Assembly: GCA_013239625.1 (NCBI GenBank)
Contig: MU053594.1
Coordinates: 770,355-834,354 of the forward strand
DNA length: 64,000 nt
Source: Lama guanicoe
Taxonomy: Eukaryota
Direction of reading: 5' to 3'
Positions 11,984-24,460 of the stretch are shown in pieces. The position numbers were made by a program, and so were the translations under genes. Each line of letters starts with the position of its first letter. Position 1 is the stretch's first letter. Below the pieces are notes generated by a model. That model saw only the letters and a program-made list of their open reading frames with translations, was not told where the DNA came from and did not search any database.

Positions 11984-13545
11984 CTTGGGTGGGAGGGAGA
12001 GAGGGATGGCTGGTGGTTAGTACACTGAGATGCAGACCTGGGCCCCGGCTGTTCAGACAACAGGGTCTCTTTCTATCTTCAAGAGGGAGGGATGGCAGCC
12101 CTCATCTCACAGCCCAGGGGACGGGGCGTGAAGCGCCCACAACTAGTGCCCAGAGGAGACTGGGAGCTGTGTCTCCATCACTGCTGTCAATGTCTGAGCC
12201 TGCCCCAGACCCACCCAGCCGGTCTCCCCGTGAGCCCTGCAAGCTGTCAGGGACAGGGTCCCAGATGGGGCAGCAGAGGGTTCCCAGGACTTCCTTTGGG
12301 CTGGTGGTGACATCAGACACAAGAAGACGCCCAGGCCACCTCTGCACTTCCTCTCCCCTCTTCAGGAATGGCTCCAGAGGACCCTGACCATGGACCACAT
12401 CCTTCTTCCCTGCACCAGGAAGACTAATGAAGCCCGTTTACTCTGGAGACATGGAGGTCTCCCCAGGCCAGGTGAGCCAGGTGGAAGGTCTGGGAATACT
12501 CACCATCTGGGAGCCAGGCACGCTCGGATCAGACTCCAGGAAAAGCAGCAGATTCACCCAGAGATCACACCCGCACGACAGGCTCGCTCACACAGGACAA
12601 GTGCCCACCATAGACGGACACACATTCTCACTCTGGACCAGCACTCCGCATCCCTGTTCTGACTCCCTGGTGTCCGTCTAGAACTCCCCAGGGCCCTGGG
12701 CTATTGATGGGCTCACAGAAGGACCCCAGGCTCGGCTCCATAGCGCCCCCTCGTGATTGGTGCTAGGAGTCCACGGTGGCCCCACTGACCGCTTGGTGAT
12801 TCCCACCAGCACCTGGGAGAGGACAGGTTGTGCTGTGGGAAGCAAGGACCCACGGGGAGCTTCTGGAGGCACAGGGTTCCAGAAGGGGCAGGGACCTGGC
12901 TTGCCCAAGGTCTGGTCTCACCACCAGACCTTGTCCGAAGCTTCCTGTGTCCTCCAGACCCACTGGGATCACCCAGCTCTGTTGACTGGAGGCAGGAACC
13001 GTGGCCAACACAACCTGGGTCTCACTGTGCCTTTGTTGAACCTAGGCCAGGCCCAGGGGACTGCGGGCCACATCACATGCCAGACAATGAAAGGAACACG
13101 TAACCCAAGGCGTCAGAGATGGGCCACACAGTCTTTCTCCATGTGGTCTGCGTTCCTGGGGGGCCCTCTGTGTGTCCCAGGGGCCCTGCTCAGGCAAGGG
13201 GGGCTCCTTCAACAGCTGTCCCATTCTGATGGCTTTTATTTCTAACTTCAATTCAGGGTACTGGCCACCAGCCAGCCCTTAAGAGATGACCGTTCACAAC
13301 CTAATTCCTGGCACCCAGGGCACAGCTGGGCATGCGCTCGAGGAGCCTTCCTGGATCTCAAATATTTCTGGCTCCTTTCGGACCTTGGTCTTGCTTCCCA
13401 GTCCCCCTCCTCAGGCTCTCCAGCTGGTCCCTTTCAACCCCACACTGAAGACCCAGTCTGTTCCCTAGGAAGGTCTCAGACTGGCAGTGGAGTCTCACCC
13501 ATACCTCCATTTCCTCACCTGTAAAAACGGGCAAACTTTTACAGG

Positions 13546-13610
13546 TGCTCAGAGGACCACCATACTCAGAGGACCTCCATGCTCAGAGGACCTCCATGCT
13601 CAGAGGACCC
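13546..13610. repeat. 17-bp minisatellite, ~3.8 copies of tgctcagaggacctcca
   Basis: Directly visible tandem units. Confidence 0.9.
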
Positions 13611-14169
13611 AGCTCTGGCCACTTTGTCTCGGGCTTTGGCAGCAGGAAACTAGCCACAGGCCCTGAGGTCTTCTCCCCAGCAGCTCACCGTCCACCCTAT
13701 TTCCCCACAGTACTCACGCATTCCACACAAAAAAGCAAGGAAAGAAATGCAGGCTTTCCTGGCCTTCAGAATCCCAAAGCTGTTTCCCTGAACAGGGAGG
13801 AAATACGGCCTTGGGCCTCCTCTCCAACCCATGACATTGGGCTGGAAGTCCCGGTGGTCTCCTGACATCTCTACCCAATAGGTGCCAGGTGTCCACCTCC
13901 TAAAGGAGGAGCCTAAGGTATCCGTGTGGGGGGAGAATGTCTGTATTTTTGGACTCAGTGGCACTCACTCCACGTCCTGAGATTTATACATAAATATGGT
14001 TTTAGGGGACTAATCATGTCCCTAAAGAAGAAAGATAAACCACTGCAAAGCTCTCCATGAGGGCTGCCCTGTCCTGAAGGCCAAGGCCGACAGCACGAGC
14101 ATGTTCAGGGAAGGAGCAGGGGGTGCGAGAAGACTGACAATGATAGAGAACAGAAAGTAGGGCAGTGGT

Positions 14170-14690
14170 CTTCCCCCTCATTTGATGTAAAATTCAAACC
14201 CTTTCCCCTGGTCTAAAAGGCCCTACATGTGCTGTGGAATCTCCCATCCCTCTGACCATCCTAACTTATGGCCCCCACACCCCTGCCCTCCACCCCAGCC
14301 AGATGGGCCTTCTTTCTATCTGCTGAACACACCCAGCTCATTCCTGCCTCAATGCCCTGCTGATCCCTTGCCTGGGACACTCCATCCCCATCACTTCATG
14401 AGTGGCTCTTTGTGGTCCTGCAGGCTCAGCTCAAATGTCATCTTCTTGGAGAGGTTCCTCCCTCCCTTGCCCTGAGCTCTTACCTGCTCAGCATCTCTAC
14501 TCAGTATCTACCACATTACCTTGTTTTATTCTTTCCTTACCATTTCTGTGCATTTCTATGCTTTTTATCTAGCTGCCCCACCCTCTGGGCTATCCTAGCA
14601 GGTACCTTGTCTGTTTCCTGTCTCCCCAGAATGTAGGACAACCCAACTTACAGGAAGCGTTCAAAGAATATTTGCTGAACAAATGGACAG
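14170..14690 (+). mobile_element. L2 3' fragment
   Basis: taaaattcaaaccc..aaggccctacatg..tcagctcaaatgtcatcttc..aatatttgctgaacaaatg. Confidence 0.7.
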
Positions 14691-15144
14691 TGTTTACCCT
14701 GGAGATAAGAGCACTGTCTCCAAATATTTCAAGTTGTGCCATGAGAAGGAGGAAGTGGTCTTATTCAGTGTCACCACTGGATGGAAATTATGGGGGTAGG
14801 AGGTAAATTTCAGCTCCCATGGGAGAGAACTAACAAACAGAGCTGTTCCAATGTGGCGTGAGCTGCCTTGGCAGATGGGCTCCCTGTTGCTGGAGGCATT
14901 CGAGCTGGGGCTGCAAAATCCCTAGGCCAGGATAGAGGATGCCTTCAAGACCTCTTCAACTTTACGAGCCTGTCATTAGACGTCCTACAGTCCCCAACAC
15001 ACGGTACAGAGTCCCTCACGTCCATCTCCTTCACAGTGTGCACTGAGGAGGATTTTCTCCTGCAAGATTAAAACACTTGGTAGGCGCCATCTGTATGCAT
15101 GGATTCCTGTGATTTTACCTTTAGTTGAAGAATAAGTATCTTTC

Positions 15145-15312
15145 AGTGCAATGTTTTTCCACCTGCAGCAAAATTCCTAGGGCGCTTTGTCAAGATTCAG
15201 ATCCTGAAGCTCCCCAGCTCCACTGAGTCAGAATCTCTGGGGGTGAGGCTCGGGTTCAGGATTTGGAGCACCCCAGTGATTTTTAGGCATCCCAGAGTCT
15301 GAGGAACACTGC
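15145..15312. mobile_element. MER5-like hAT element
   Basis: cagattcagatcctg..actgagtcagaatctctggggg..gtgattttt..tctgaggaacactg. Confidence 0.55.
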
Positions 15313-16247
15313 TTCTGGGTTTTCTCATCCCTACGTTACAATGAGTAATGGCTGTTCCTATGACTCACCACCCAAGGATGAGCTGTACAGTCTCACCTGG
15401 TGGCCTGGGCCTAACTGACGTCCCTGATGGCTGGAGAGAAAGCAAAGACTTATCCCCAAGGGAAAAAGGACCACCCAGTTCACCAGTAAGAGTCTAGACT
15501 TGGAGAGGAAGTGAGGTGCCCCTCAGGCTGGAGAAAGGGCGTGTGTCGCTTTTACAAGAAACCGCCCATAAGGGGAACAGCCGGATGCAAACGAGTATCC
15601 AAGTCAAGCCAACACTCGCTCCCTCTCGGGGGCCGCTGCAGAACTGTGTAGTCCAGGAGACCAGAAAGACAAAGCTGCCTCCAGCATCTTGCTTAACGCT
15701 TTACAGAAGGAAAAAGAAAACACCTTCTGGGCCTCTCTTGGCACGTCCTTCCTCCCACCCTCCCTTGGCTGCCCCGTCTGCACACCTGCACACAGAGTGC
15801 TTCTTGGGAGCAGCTCCTCCAGGCTTAGAGCTGCCCTGAACAGGGAGGCCATAAAGCTGGGGCCGCCCATCTGCTGTGGTTCCTGGCCTGGGAGGGGCTG
15901 GCACTGATCAAGGACCTGGCTTGCCCAAGACTGAGACCTACATGTGCCTACATGTAAGGCACTTAAAGGCTTCAAAATGGGAAGATGGTCTCACACTTTA
16001 CAGATGACCGGGCGGCCGGAAGCCCTGTGCCATGGGATGTCAGTGCAGAAGCGCCCTCTCCATCCTCTGACTCTTGCAACCACTAAGCTGAGGTTCTGAT
16101 TCACTCATGAACCCCGTACACATCTGCTGATTCCTTCCTGGAATCTGCTGAACAGACAGCTGGCTCAGGGCTTTCAGGAGGAACCCAACTAACTGTGATT
16201 ATAAACAGAATAGGGTTTGCCAGTGAGAACCTTCCCTTAGATTCTAT

Positions 16248-16884
16248 TGAGACAGGAAGGGGGCAGGGCACGGCCGTTCAAGGAATAACACAGCAATTAA
16301 CACCAGAATGGAGAAAGATTCAGCCCCCCAGGAGGCCTTGAGGCTCAAGATGGTGGGAGATTTGACTTCTAGTAGACTTTGAGCTTCATTATACGCCCAT
16401 TGTAATATAGTAGCATGGTGAATAACATGCCCACAGGTGCCATGGCAGTCCCAAGGCTGGCCACAAAAGGTCAAAGAGTGGGAAAAGGCTAACGTCCTGG
16501 GAGTCCCAGCCCCTTCCCCAGGCTAGTTAGACTGGTCCTTCCACTTATTAGCATATGAAGCCACTGAGCCCATAAAAACTGGCAACGTGGTGCCTCGTGG
16601 CCGCTGCCCCCTCTCTCTCCCTCTTCGGAGACCGCCCGCTCTCTGTCTGTGGAGTGTGTCCCTACTTTTACTCTAATCTAAGCACCCAACCCCCACACCT
16701 TGTGGCCTTTCACTTGCCTGTTGATGTACTTCTAAATAACTCCGCATTTACTCAAGTGTGGCTCGCTCTTGAATTCTTTTCTGCGCAAAGCCAAGGACCC
16801 ACACTTGGTGGGGCACGTCCCCGGGGCTCAACTGAAGCCTGGGACACGGCCGTCCTCACGCCCCACATCCGCTTTCCTACATCA
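16248..16884 (+). mobile_element. Solo ERV LTR (ERV1-like), 637 bp
   Basis: TG(AGACAGG)...(CAT)CA termini, 4-bp TSD-like ctat/ctag, TATA-like cataaaa at 16571, U5-like ctcgctcttgaattcttttctgcgcaaagccaaggaccc. Confidence 0.75.
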
Positions 16885-17298
16885 CTAGCACCAGGTCACT
16901 CTGTGCAGCCTGTTAGAAAGCTGCAGAGGGAGCTGTGAAAGTCGAAGAACCTGCAGCAGAGTTGTGTATCTGGTGGCCCAGAGTGCGCCCCTGACCCCAA
17001 GGTGACCATCTCCCGGCTCTGCAAAGGCACCTTCCCGCTGGGAAAAGTCCAAGGAGGCAGAGACCCACCACAGCTCTTAGGAGAGCTCAGAAAACCACTT
17101 TGCTCCTGAAAAGGAGGGGAAAGACCAGAAGTCCACCCAGCAGGCTCCCAAGTTTGGGGTGCAATGTCCACGGCTCTCTGGGGCAATCGGGGTAAGCCAG
17201 GTACACGTGAAGTGGACGGAAAGGAGGTACTTTGCAGGATACACAGCTACCAAATAAAATCCAAACACGCTGGTGAGTTCACATGAACTGTTATTTCC

Positions 17299-17304
17299 TT
17301 TAAT
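17299..17304 (-). terminator. Likely distal poly(A) signal (ATTAAA) of the NCAM-120 terminal exon
   Basis: ATTAAA followed about 30 nt later by GU/U-rich gtgtttggattttatttgg; gives a ~2.4 kb UTR. Another AATAAA at 18371-18376. Confidence 0.6.
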
Positions 17305-18535
17305 AATGCAAAGGTGTAAACTTCATAAAGGCCTCACTGATTATCTACACAACAACGTTAGCATTCTTATTAGTAGCAAAACATGATCCAAACCTGCCGT
17401 ATAAATATTCTAGAAATGAGCAGAGAAGCCCTGTGGCGGGTGGAGCATGCGCAGCGCGAAGCCAGGGCGCGGGGCCCCGGCGGCTGGGCTGGGCGGTGAG
17501 CGGTCCCTCTTGATGGGCCTGTCTAAGGGGGTCCTGGCGGGGCTGGGCGCTGCAGCCACGTGAGAACTCAGTGTCTGGTGGGAGTGGGTGTGCCCTAACA
17601 CGGTCCCCTGAAGGGCACCCCTGATGAACCATGAGCCAGTCTGAAGGGACCCAATACAATGACCCCAAATTGCTTCAGCTGAGGTCTGCCTGGGCACCAC
17701 GTGCTGAGGGGACAGGGTCATGGATGCCAGGCCTCCGATCTCCACAGAGTCCCTTTGAAACACGGACACTGGCTCTCATCTATGGGACGGGGACTGGGGT
17801 GAATATGTGACTTCCGCCCAAGATGATATCAAGAGCATGCTGGCGGCCAGGGGGACAGTGATGGGCCACCTGCATGAGGACCCATCTCCCCCTCCCTGGG
17901 CCTCCGTAGGTTACTGGGATTCTCACGCCAAGCCCGGAGGCACCACGTGATGCTTCTCATTGCTCTGCCTTGTGCCTAAGGACTGTGTCTGCTTCTGCTG
18001 CCCTGGCGTGAAGGGAGGTCAGGGACCTCGGGGGAGAGGTTCGTGGTGGGGCTGGAGGCCGACGGGGCTTGGGTGAGAGGCACTGCCCGGCTGAACTGCT
18101 GGGTAGCGTGCAGCCTCCGGCGTCTGCAGGTGACTCGCTAAACTGCCAGCGCTGGAGGCACGGGCCTGTGTCCACTGACAGGGGCAGCTCTGCCCCGCAG
18201 ACCAGAGGCTCATTTGGATTCCCAAAGGGGAAAGGCTAGTCTTGGAACATTAAAAAACAACAGAACCAAAAAACAAAGAAACTGGAAAATGATGAAAACC
18301 AAATTTCCGTGGAGATGCTCAGAGATGAGATAAGTGGAATGATATGTGACCACGATGGAGGGAGGGAGTTTTTATTCAGCAGAAGGTCCCCCCAAGCACA
18401 CACACTGACACCACTGAGCGTGAGTCACCCGAGAGTCTCCAGGCAGGACTTTGACAAACGCACCCGCTTCGTCTCCTGGGTACGTGGGGAGGTGCATCCC
18501 CAACAGCAGGGGAGCAGCTGGCTTTCATCAGTTTT

Positions 18536-18690
18536 TTTTTTTAAGAATTAATTTTAATTTTTTTTGGCAGGGGAGGAGGTAATTAGGTTATTCATTTATT
18601 ACTAGTTTTTTTTTTTTTTAAATGGACGTACTGGGGATTGAACCTAGGACCTCGTGCATGCTAGGCACACACGCTGCCACTGAGCCCAGA
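18536..18690 (-). mobile_element. tRNA-derived SINE (camelid Vic-1-like) in the NCAM-120 3'UTR
   Basis: aatggacgtactggggattgaacctaggacctcgtgcatgctagg...ccactgagc with T-rich tail; TSD-like catcagtttt (18526) / caccagtttt (18691). Confidence 0.8.
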
Positions 18691-19692
18691 CACCAGTTTT
18701 AAAAATGTTACTAAGCCACAAGCCAGCAGGGGGCTTGGGGCACTGGAGAAATATGAGAGGCCGAGTTCTAACTGATCGGCACCCTGGGTGGGCCCCGCCT
18801 TCCACTCAGCTGAGCACGTGTTGGGAAGGGTGTGACTCACGCCAGGCTCACAGCGGATGCTTTCAAACTGGGGGACTGATGTTTATGCAATAATGTGTCA
18901 CCACTGGACCACATCCACCAAGACACGAGGTCTGTGGCTGAGCTGTAGCAGGGCAGCAGGGATCACCCCGTCCGGGAGACGCGCACCTGCCAGAGCCCAC
19001 AGGTGTGGGGCACATCCTAGGTCGGCCCCGTTCACAGAGCCAGCATAGGGTGCTACCTAGGACCAAAGTGCCTCCCAGAAAGTTTGCTCGGCCCCAAGAA
19101 ATACCCAGTGAATCTGATTCCATTTACATGGGCAACAGGGTGGCTGACTCTGCCCATCAAGTCAGCAGAAAGCTCCAGTGAATCACAGCGATCTTACCAT
19201 GGGCACTTCAGTGCGGGCAAAGCCAACTACTTATTGAGGGCAGAGGAGGAGCAGGAGGTTAGAATTGGGGCACGTGGTGATTTTAACAATCTGATGCAGG
19301 CTTTAGAGGGTACTTAGAACTCTTTCTCTGCCACATCATTTTCAGGTAAGAACCAAAAATGCAAGCAAGTAGCAGCTGTGCAGAAACTCTTCTGAAAACC
19401 TAGTGCCTTTGTGTGTGTGTTTTACATAGCATTTAAAGAAAAGAGCCCCCGAACATTTTTGCACTGCCATGAAAAAGGGGGCAAACTCCTTATGAAATGG
19501 CACAAAAGTATCTGAATGGCAATAAGTCTGGAGGTCCAGCTTTTTCCAATTGCCAAAGCTTCCTCTTCCACAGAGAGCTTGGCAGCGTGGCCGTGGAGGT
19601 CCTGAAAGAGTATGCCAAAGGGGGCACTGACCATTCTCATAGAAACGGGGCTTTTAAGCAAATTTAAATTTTTGTGTGTGTTGTTCAAGTTC

Positions 19693-19772
19693 CTAACAGA
19701 GCAAGAGAAGAGTCACTGCAGAGAAAAGCAATGAGGCAAAGGTGGCGGACACGGTGGAGCCTCCCAGGGTCG
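19693..19772 (-). CDS. NCAM1: NCAM1 exon 15 coding part: GPI-anchor signal of NCAM-120 (alternative terminal exon)
   Basis: cctgcag|CGACCCTG...TGTTAG; (A)TLGGSTVSATFASLLFSAVTLLLLC*, hydrophobic C-terminus. Confidence 0.95.
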
Positions 19773-22342
19773 CTGCAGGCACCAAGCAATGGGTCCCCAG
19801 AGAGAAGGTTTAAAAACAAATATGGCAGTGGGGATGTCCCAGTGACGTCCAACGTGATGTGTGTGACAACAGACATGGGGAGGGGAGGAGAGGGGAGGAG
19901 GAAAGAGAAGAAAGAGACAGAAACAGAGAAAAAAATAGATAAAAAGAAAAAAAAATTAGGTCAAATATAGAAAACTCCAGAATCAAAGGTTAATTCGACT
20001 TTGTAAATTAAACTGACAAAGGTTAGGGGAGAGTTCAGTGCGGTAATGTTACCAGCAGGCCAGGTCCGAAGCTCAGCAAGGCCAGAGGCAGCGCAGCGGG
20101 GTGAGTTCAGGGGTTAGGGGTCAGCGAGCAAATGAAATTAAAGTGAGAGAACGGAAGGCTTCAGGGTGAAATTCAAGAATCTGATCAGGGAAGTGTCACC
20201 TCTGATAAGGGGAGGTTCTAAGACGCAGCCGAGGAGCCTGTCCGCACACAGCTTTCTATTCTCTAGAGTTTTTTACACGTCAGGGTAGAGATGCATCTGA
20301 TCACTGTGCACGGGGATGGGGGCCACCTTTTTAGCAAGAATTCAGCCTCTTCCAATCTGAGTCTCCCCACCCATAGCTGCTAAAGAAAACCTAGTTCTCT
20401 GCCCCTCGCCTTCCGCCACCCGCCGAACCACAGAATTCCACCATGAACGTACATCCTATAACTCAGAGGTTTCAACCGCAGGTCCCAACACAACAGCTGG
20501 AAAAGTCCCCAAAGTTCATCCAAGCAACCTCCTACTAAGACCCGTGCGGCAGAGCCGAGAGCCCTCGGGGGCGAGGTGAGCAACCCCTCCAACCCTCTCT
20601 GTGAACTGGGCGCCTGGGAGATTAACCAGAAGGACTCTGACAGCTCCCGCGGGCAGGACTTCGGGGGACTGGTCTTCCCAGAATGTCTGTATCTGACACC
20701 CGGTGGCCCCAGCTTCTCCCACCCGAGCACTGACGCTGCTGGCGGTACCCGGCCTGTGAACGCAGCCTGTCTGAATCACCGCCTGCGGAGTCGTACCCGT
20801 GGAAACACGTGCCTGGAGGAATCTGTCTCGCTGCAAAGGACTCACTCAGGCTTCTCACTCCCCTGGCTCTTAAGGGCCCCACAAAGGCCGAGCCCGCGGG
20901 AGACACCAGACTGTCGATTTCAGGCAAAAACTGACCCAAGAATGCAGAGAAAGAAGGGGCAGAGGACAGACAGGGCCACCTCCATGTGGACAGCTATGAA
21001 GCAGTGAGGAGAGCATTTCTCGCAGCCACATCCAGGTGCCTTGGCTTAATCACTGACCAGGTGACCACTGCCTGCAGGGACCTGCCCACCCCAGCCTGTG
21101 CTGACTGCCCTCCCTGCCCATGCAGTGGGCAGAACCAATGGAAGCTTCTGATCTATGGTCCCCAAATCCCTGGGGGCCCCCCCCCACATGTCTCAGACAC
21201 ACACACTCACGCACAGCCAACCACTGGGAACCACACATTGATCTTATTTTGTTTCTGCCCAACCAATCCACTTCCACACACACGACCTTGGGTCACAGCA
21301 GCCCACATCCTTCCTGGCCTCTCTCCCACTGGGAGAAGCAATCGCGACCGCTGAGCCGAGAGCCAGGGCATTATTCTAGAAGGGACAGGCACGATGAGGG
21401 CCAGACCAGGGCCACTGGGAGACGGGAACATCCTTCCACCACACCTGGACCCGACAGAGAGTTTATGCGGTCCCTTCCAATAGGCTTCAGCTGTATGTTC
21501 TATGCCCACCCTGCTGCCTGTGGTTAGCATCTGGTTGGTCCGGAAAAGCACAGAGGGACGATGAAGATCTCTTTCTGCTCTGAGGGATCTGGTCAATGAG
21601 GAGACTGCCAGTCAGCAGCAAGGCAGCTGGGCCACAAAGCAGAACTCTCACTTTATTCCCACACCTGAGCTGGTCCCGGATCCCTAGAGACAGATCTGCA
21701 TCTCCCAGGAGAACTGCTCCCATCAGGGCCTCTGGCAGACAGGACTGCCTTTCATGGATGGGGTTTTCCAGCATCTCCTTTCTCCACTTGTTCTGCTTCA
21801 AGTGGCTCAATTTAATCTTTGTTTCAGTTGAGATGCCCTTGGCAGAGAGGATTTTTAACTAACTGGGCACCATCTGTTCCTTCTCTTGGGGTCCCCACAG
21901 AGAAGAGATTTGGACCACGGCTGGGCAGGTGAGCAAGCGTCAGAAAGACAGGGTTTAAAAAGTCATGTGGTCCTCGGATGAAATGGTAGATAGCAGATAA
22001 GGTCTCAGGAAAGGATCCTTCCTCAATCAGTGTCCAAAGCTCGGCTGGAACCAGGGCTTTTCCCATCTGAGGGGCCCCACGGACTGGCTTACCATCAGTC
22101 CTCCGAGGCTGAATGACACAGGACCTCTGCCCAGGATGCTTTGCCAAGCCTTGCTGGGGGTCCAGCCCATCTCAACCTACTGCACAGCTAGGTACAAAGC
22201 AAAACTAAGCTCGCATGGGCAACCAATCATGAGGATGGCTGTAAGCAAGCGAGTTGTCAGGGGCTGTTCAGGCACATTAGGAGGTGCGGCACTGGTGCAT
22301 TAATTCAAAGCAGGAGACTCACAGGAAGCAGAGGCGTCTTAC

Positions 22343-22520
22343 CTGGGATGGCTGTGGGCTGGGCCGAGGTCCTGAACACAAAGTGAGCCGCCTTGGACTT
22401 TCCCTGCTGGTTCTCAGCCACCACGTAGACCTCATACTCGGCATTCCAGTCCAGGGACTTGAGCATGACGTGGTCACTGCCAGATGGGAGCCTGATCTCT
22501 GGTTTCCACTCGGAGGACAG
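22343..22520 (-). CDS. NCAM1: NCAM1 exon 14 (FN3-2 second part incl. FGL loop), 178 nt (181 nt with upstream acceptor at 22523)
   Basis: ctcccag|aag|CTGTCC...ATCCCAG|gtaaga; LSSEWKPEIRLPSGSDHVMLKSLDWNAEYEVYVVAENQQGKSKAAHFVFRTSAQPTAIP. Confidence 0.97.
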
Positions 22521-22979
22521 CTTCTGGGAGAAATCGGCAGGAAAGATACAAGACCCCAGGAAGCATTAGATGCAGTAGCCGGTGAGACCAGCCGACAGGA
22601 GGAATGTAAAGGAGTCAGCAACTACTGGTGCCAAACAAGAATAAAAACCAACTATAGGACATGGTCTTTATTCTTCACCAGCCTGAAAAGCCAGAAGGTA
22701 AATGATCAGGTCAGGAGGTTAAACCTTGCGTGTTTGCAAATACAGATTGCCAGTGTGGTGTGGCTGGCCTTCAGTGCCCTGTCCATCACCATGAGGGCAT
22801 GCAGGGACCCATGCTATACTCTGGAATGCTGGGCACACATGCTAAGGATGACCCAGCAGAGTAATCAGATCGCTATGTTTCTTGTCCTGTTTCAGAATGT
22901 TGCTCACACTCGGGTATGACTCACCTCCCCAACATGGAGCCACCGCATAGATTCCACTTTTATTAAAAATAAAAACTAT

Positions 22980-23165
22980 CATTTTTTTGAGCACCCACTG
23001 CGTGCCAGGCACTGTACTAAAGGCTTTCTGTGCATTTTCTCACTGTATGCCTACAATAAGCTGATGAAGGGAAGGGAGAGAGAGGTCAGGTGACCTCCCA
23101 AAGCCACACAGGCCATCGAGCTGGGGCCAAGTGCACCTGGGCCCAAAGCTGTGACCTCTCCTTTC
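22980..23165 (-). mobile_element. MIR SINE
   Basis: ttgagcacccactgcgtgccaggcactgtactaa...cccaaagccacaca. Confidence 0.6.
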
Positions 23166-24289
23166 ATAATTGGGAGCTCAACACACATCTGTTGCTCTGA
23201 GCTGGATTTTTCTACTCCATGCAGTATAACCTGGTTTCTAAGACTGGAGCTGGAGGCTCTAGGGGTGAGTTCTGCCATCAGGTCCAAGGCTGGGGCGCTC
23301 TGAGTGCCCACAGGGAATGGTAGCCTCCGCTCAGCAGGGCACTGCCCAGGGCATCATTTCAAGCACACAGCTGGAGTTCTAGCTTTCCCTCCATTCTCGA
23401 ATGTTCTTTTCATTTCTAAACCTTCACATTCACCAATGAGTTTGTTCTGGGAGTTTATAAAGCAGTCCTTTGTGCCCATTTCCCTGACACAACAGCTGTG
23501 GAAGGAGGTTTGAAGACTTCCTGAGAAATCTTCAGAAGGTTTCACGGCCCACCTCTTCATAATCTTTGGCCTTTTCACTAGCCATCTGAGAGGTGGATGC
23601 CAGGCCCACGAGAGGGCTTGATGAATGTCTGCCGAAGGATGGGCTGCTCCTCAGGAGAGCAGGACATGCTAGCACCGCCACCCAGCAGGTGGTCCAGCCC
23701 GTGGCTGAGGCTGGACAAAGACTTACATACAGGAAAGCCAGCCGTCTAAGTTCCCAGCAAGATGACTTATACCAGCCAGATAGATGCCTTTAGAATGTGC
23801 TGTCTCTCATGCTATGGTCGTGACCAGGGCCAGGAAACACCAGCAGCAGATGCTCATTTCCTTCGAGTCTAACCAGGAAGCTGGGCTATGCTCTTAAGTT
23901 AGCTTGTGTGCACGTCAGTATGTGCCCCATTTTAATGTAAAACAAAGAAGTTCAGCTGTTTGCTTTTTCTCCTCTTTCTCTGAAAGATTTCTTTCCTTGG
24001 TAAATATCATTACAAGAGAGACAGCCAGACTATAAAGCAAACATTATGTTACATAATACATATTAATATCATATAAAAATAGTAGTATTTCGCAAACATT
24101 AAGATTTTGAGGCAGAAGAGAGAGGATGGTTGGGGTGTCAAATGCTAACCCATCTCGGTGTTTTGCCCCAGTTGTCTTTTTAAGGCACAGCCGCGATGTC
24201 TCTCCTGGAACAGTGATATCTGAGGTGCCCTGTACAGGAGATGTTTCTAGTCCATGCCTGCATCTCAGCAGTGATTGTTAGTTACCAGG

Positions 24290-24460
24290 TATAGAGTTTT
24301 CCAAGTGTCAGGCACATTTCAGGTTCTTTGTCTATGTTTTAACTAATCTTTGCAACAACGTGATAAGCTATCCCCATTTTACTGATGGAGAAATGGAGAT
24401 TTTGGAAGATTGGGTGACCTATTCAGGTCACATGCTGCTAAGTGCTGAAGCTGGAACGGG
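24290..24460 (-). mobile_element. MIR SINE
   Basis: tatccccattttactgatggagaaatggag...ttcaggtcacatg. Confidence 0.65.

Noticed and set aside
13546..13610. Short repeat array as CRISPR-like
   Set aside because: Head-to-tail 17-bp units with no spacers, in a mammalian intron
22284..22919. 211-aa plus-strand ORF
   Set aside because: Antisense shadow of exon 14 plus intron; no support as a protein
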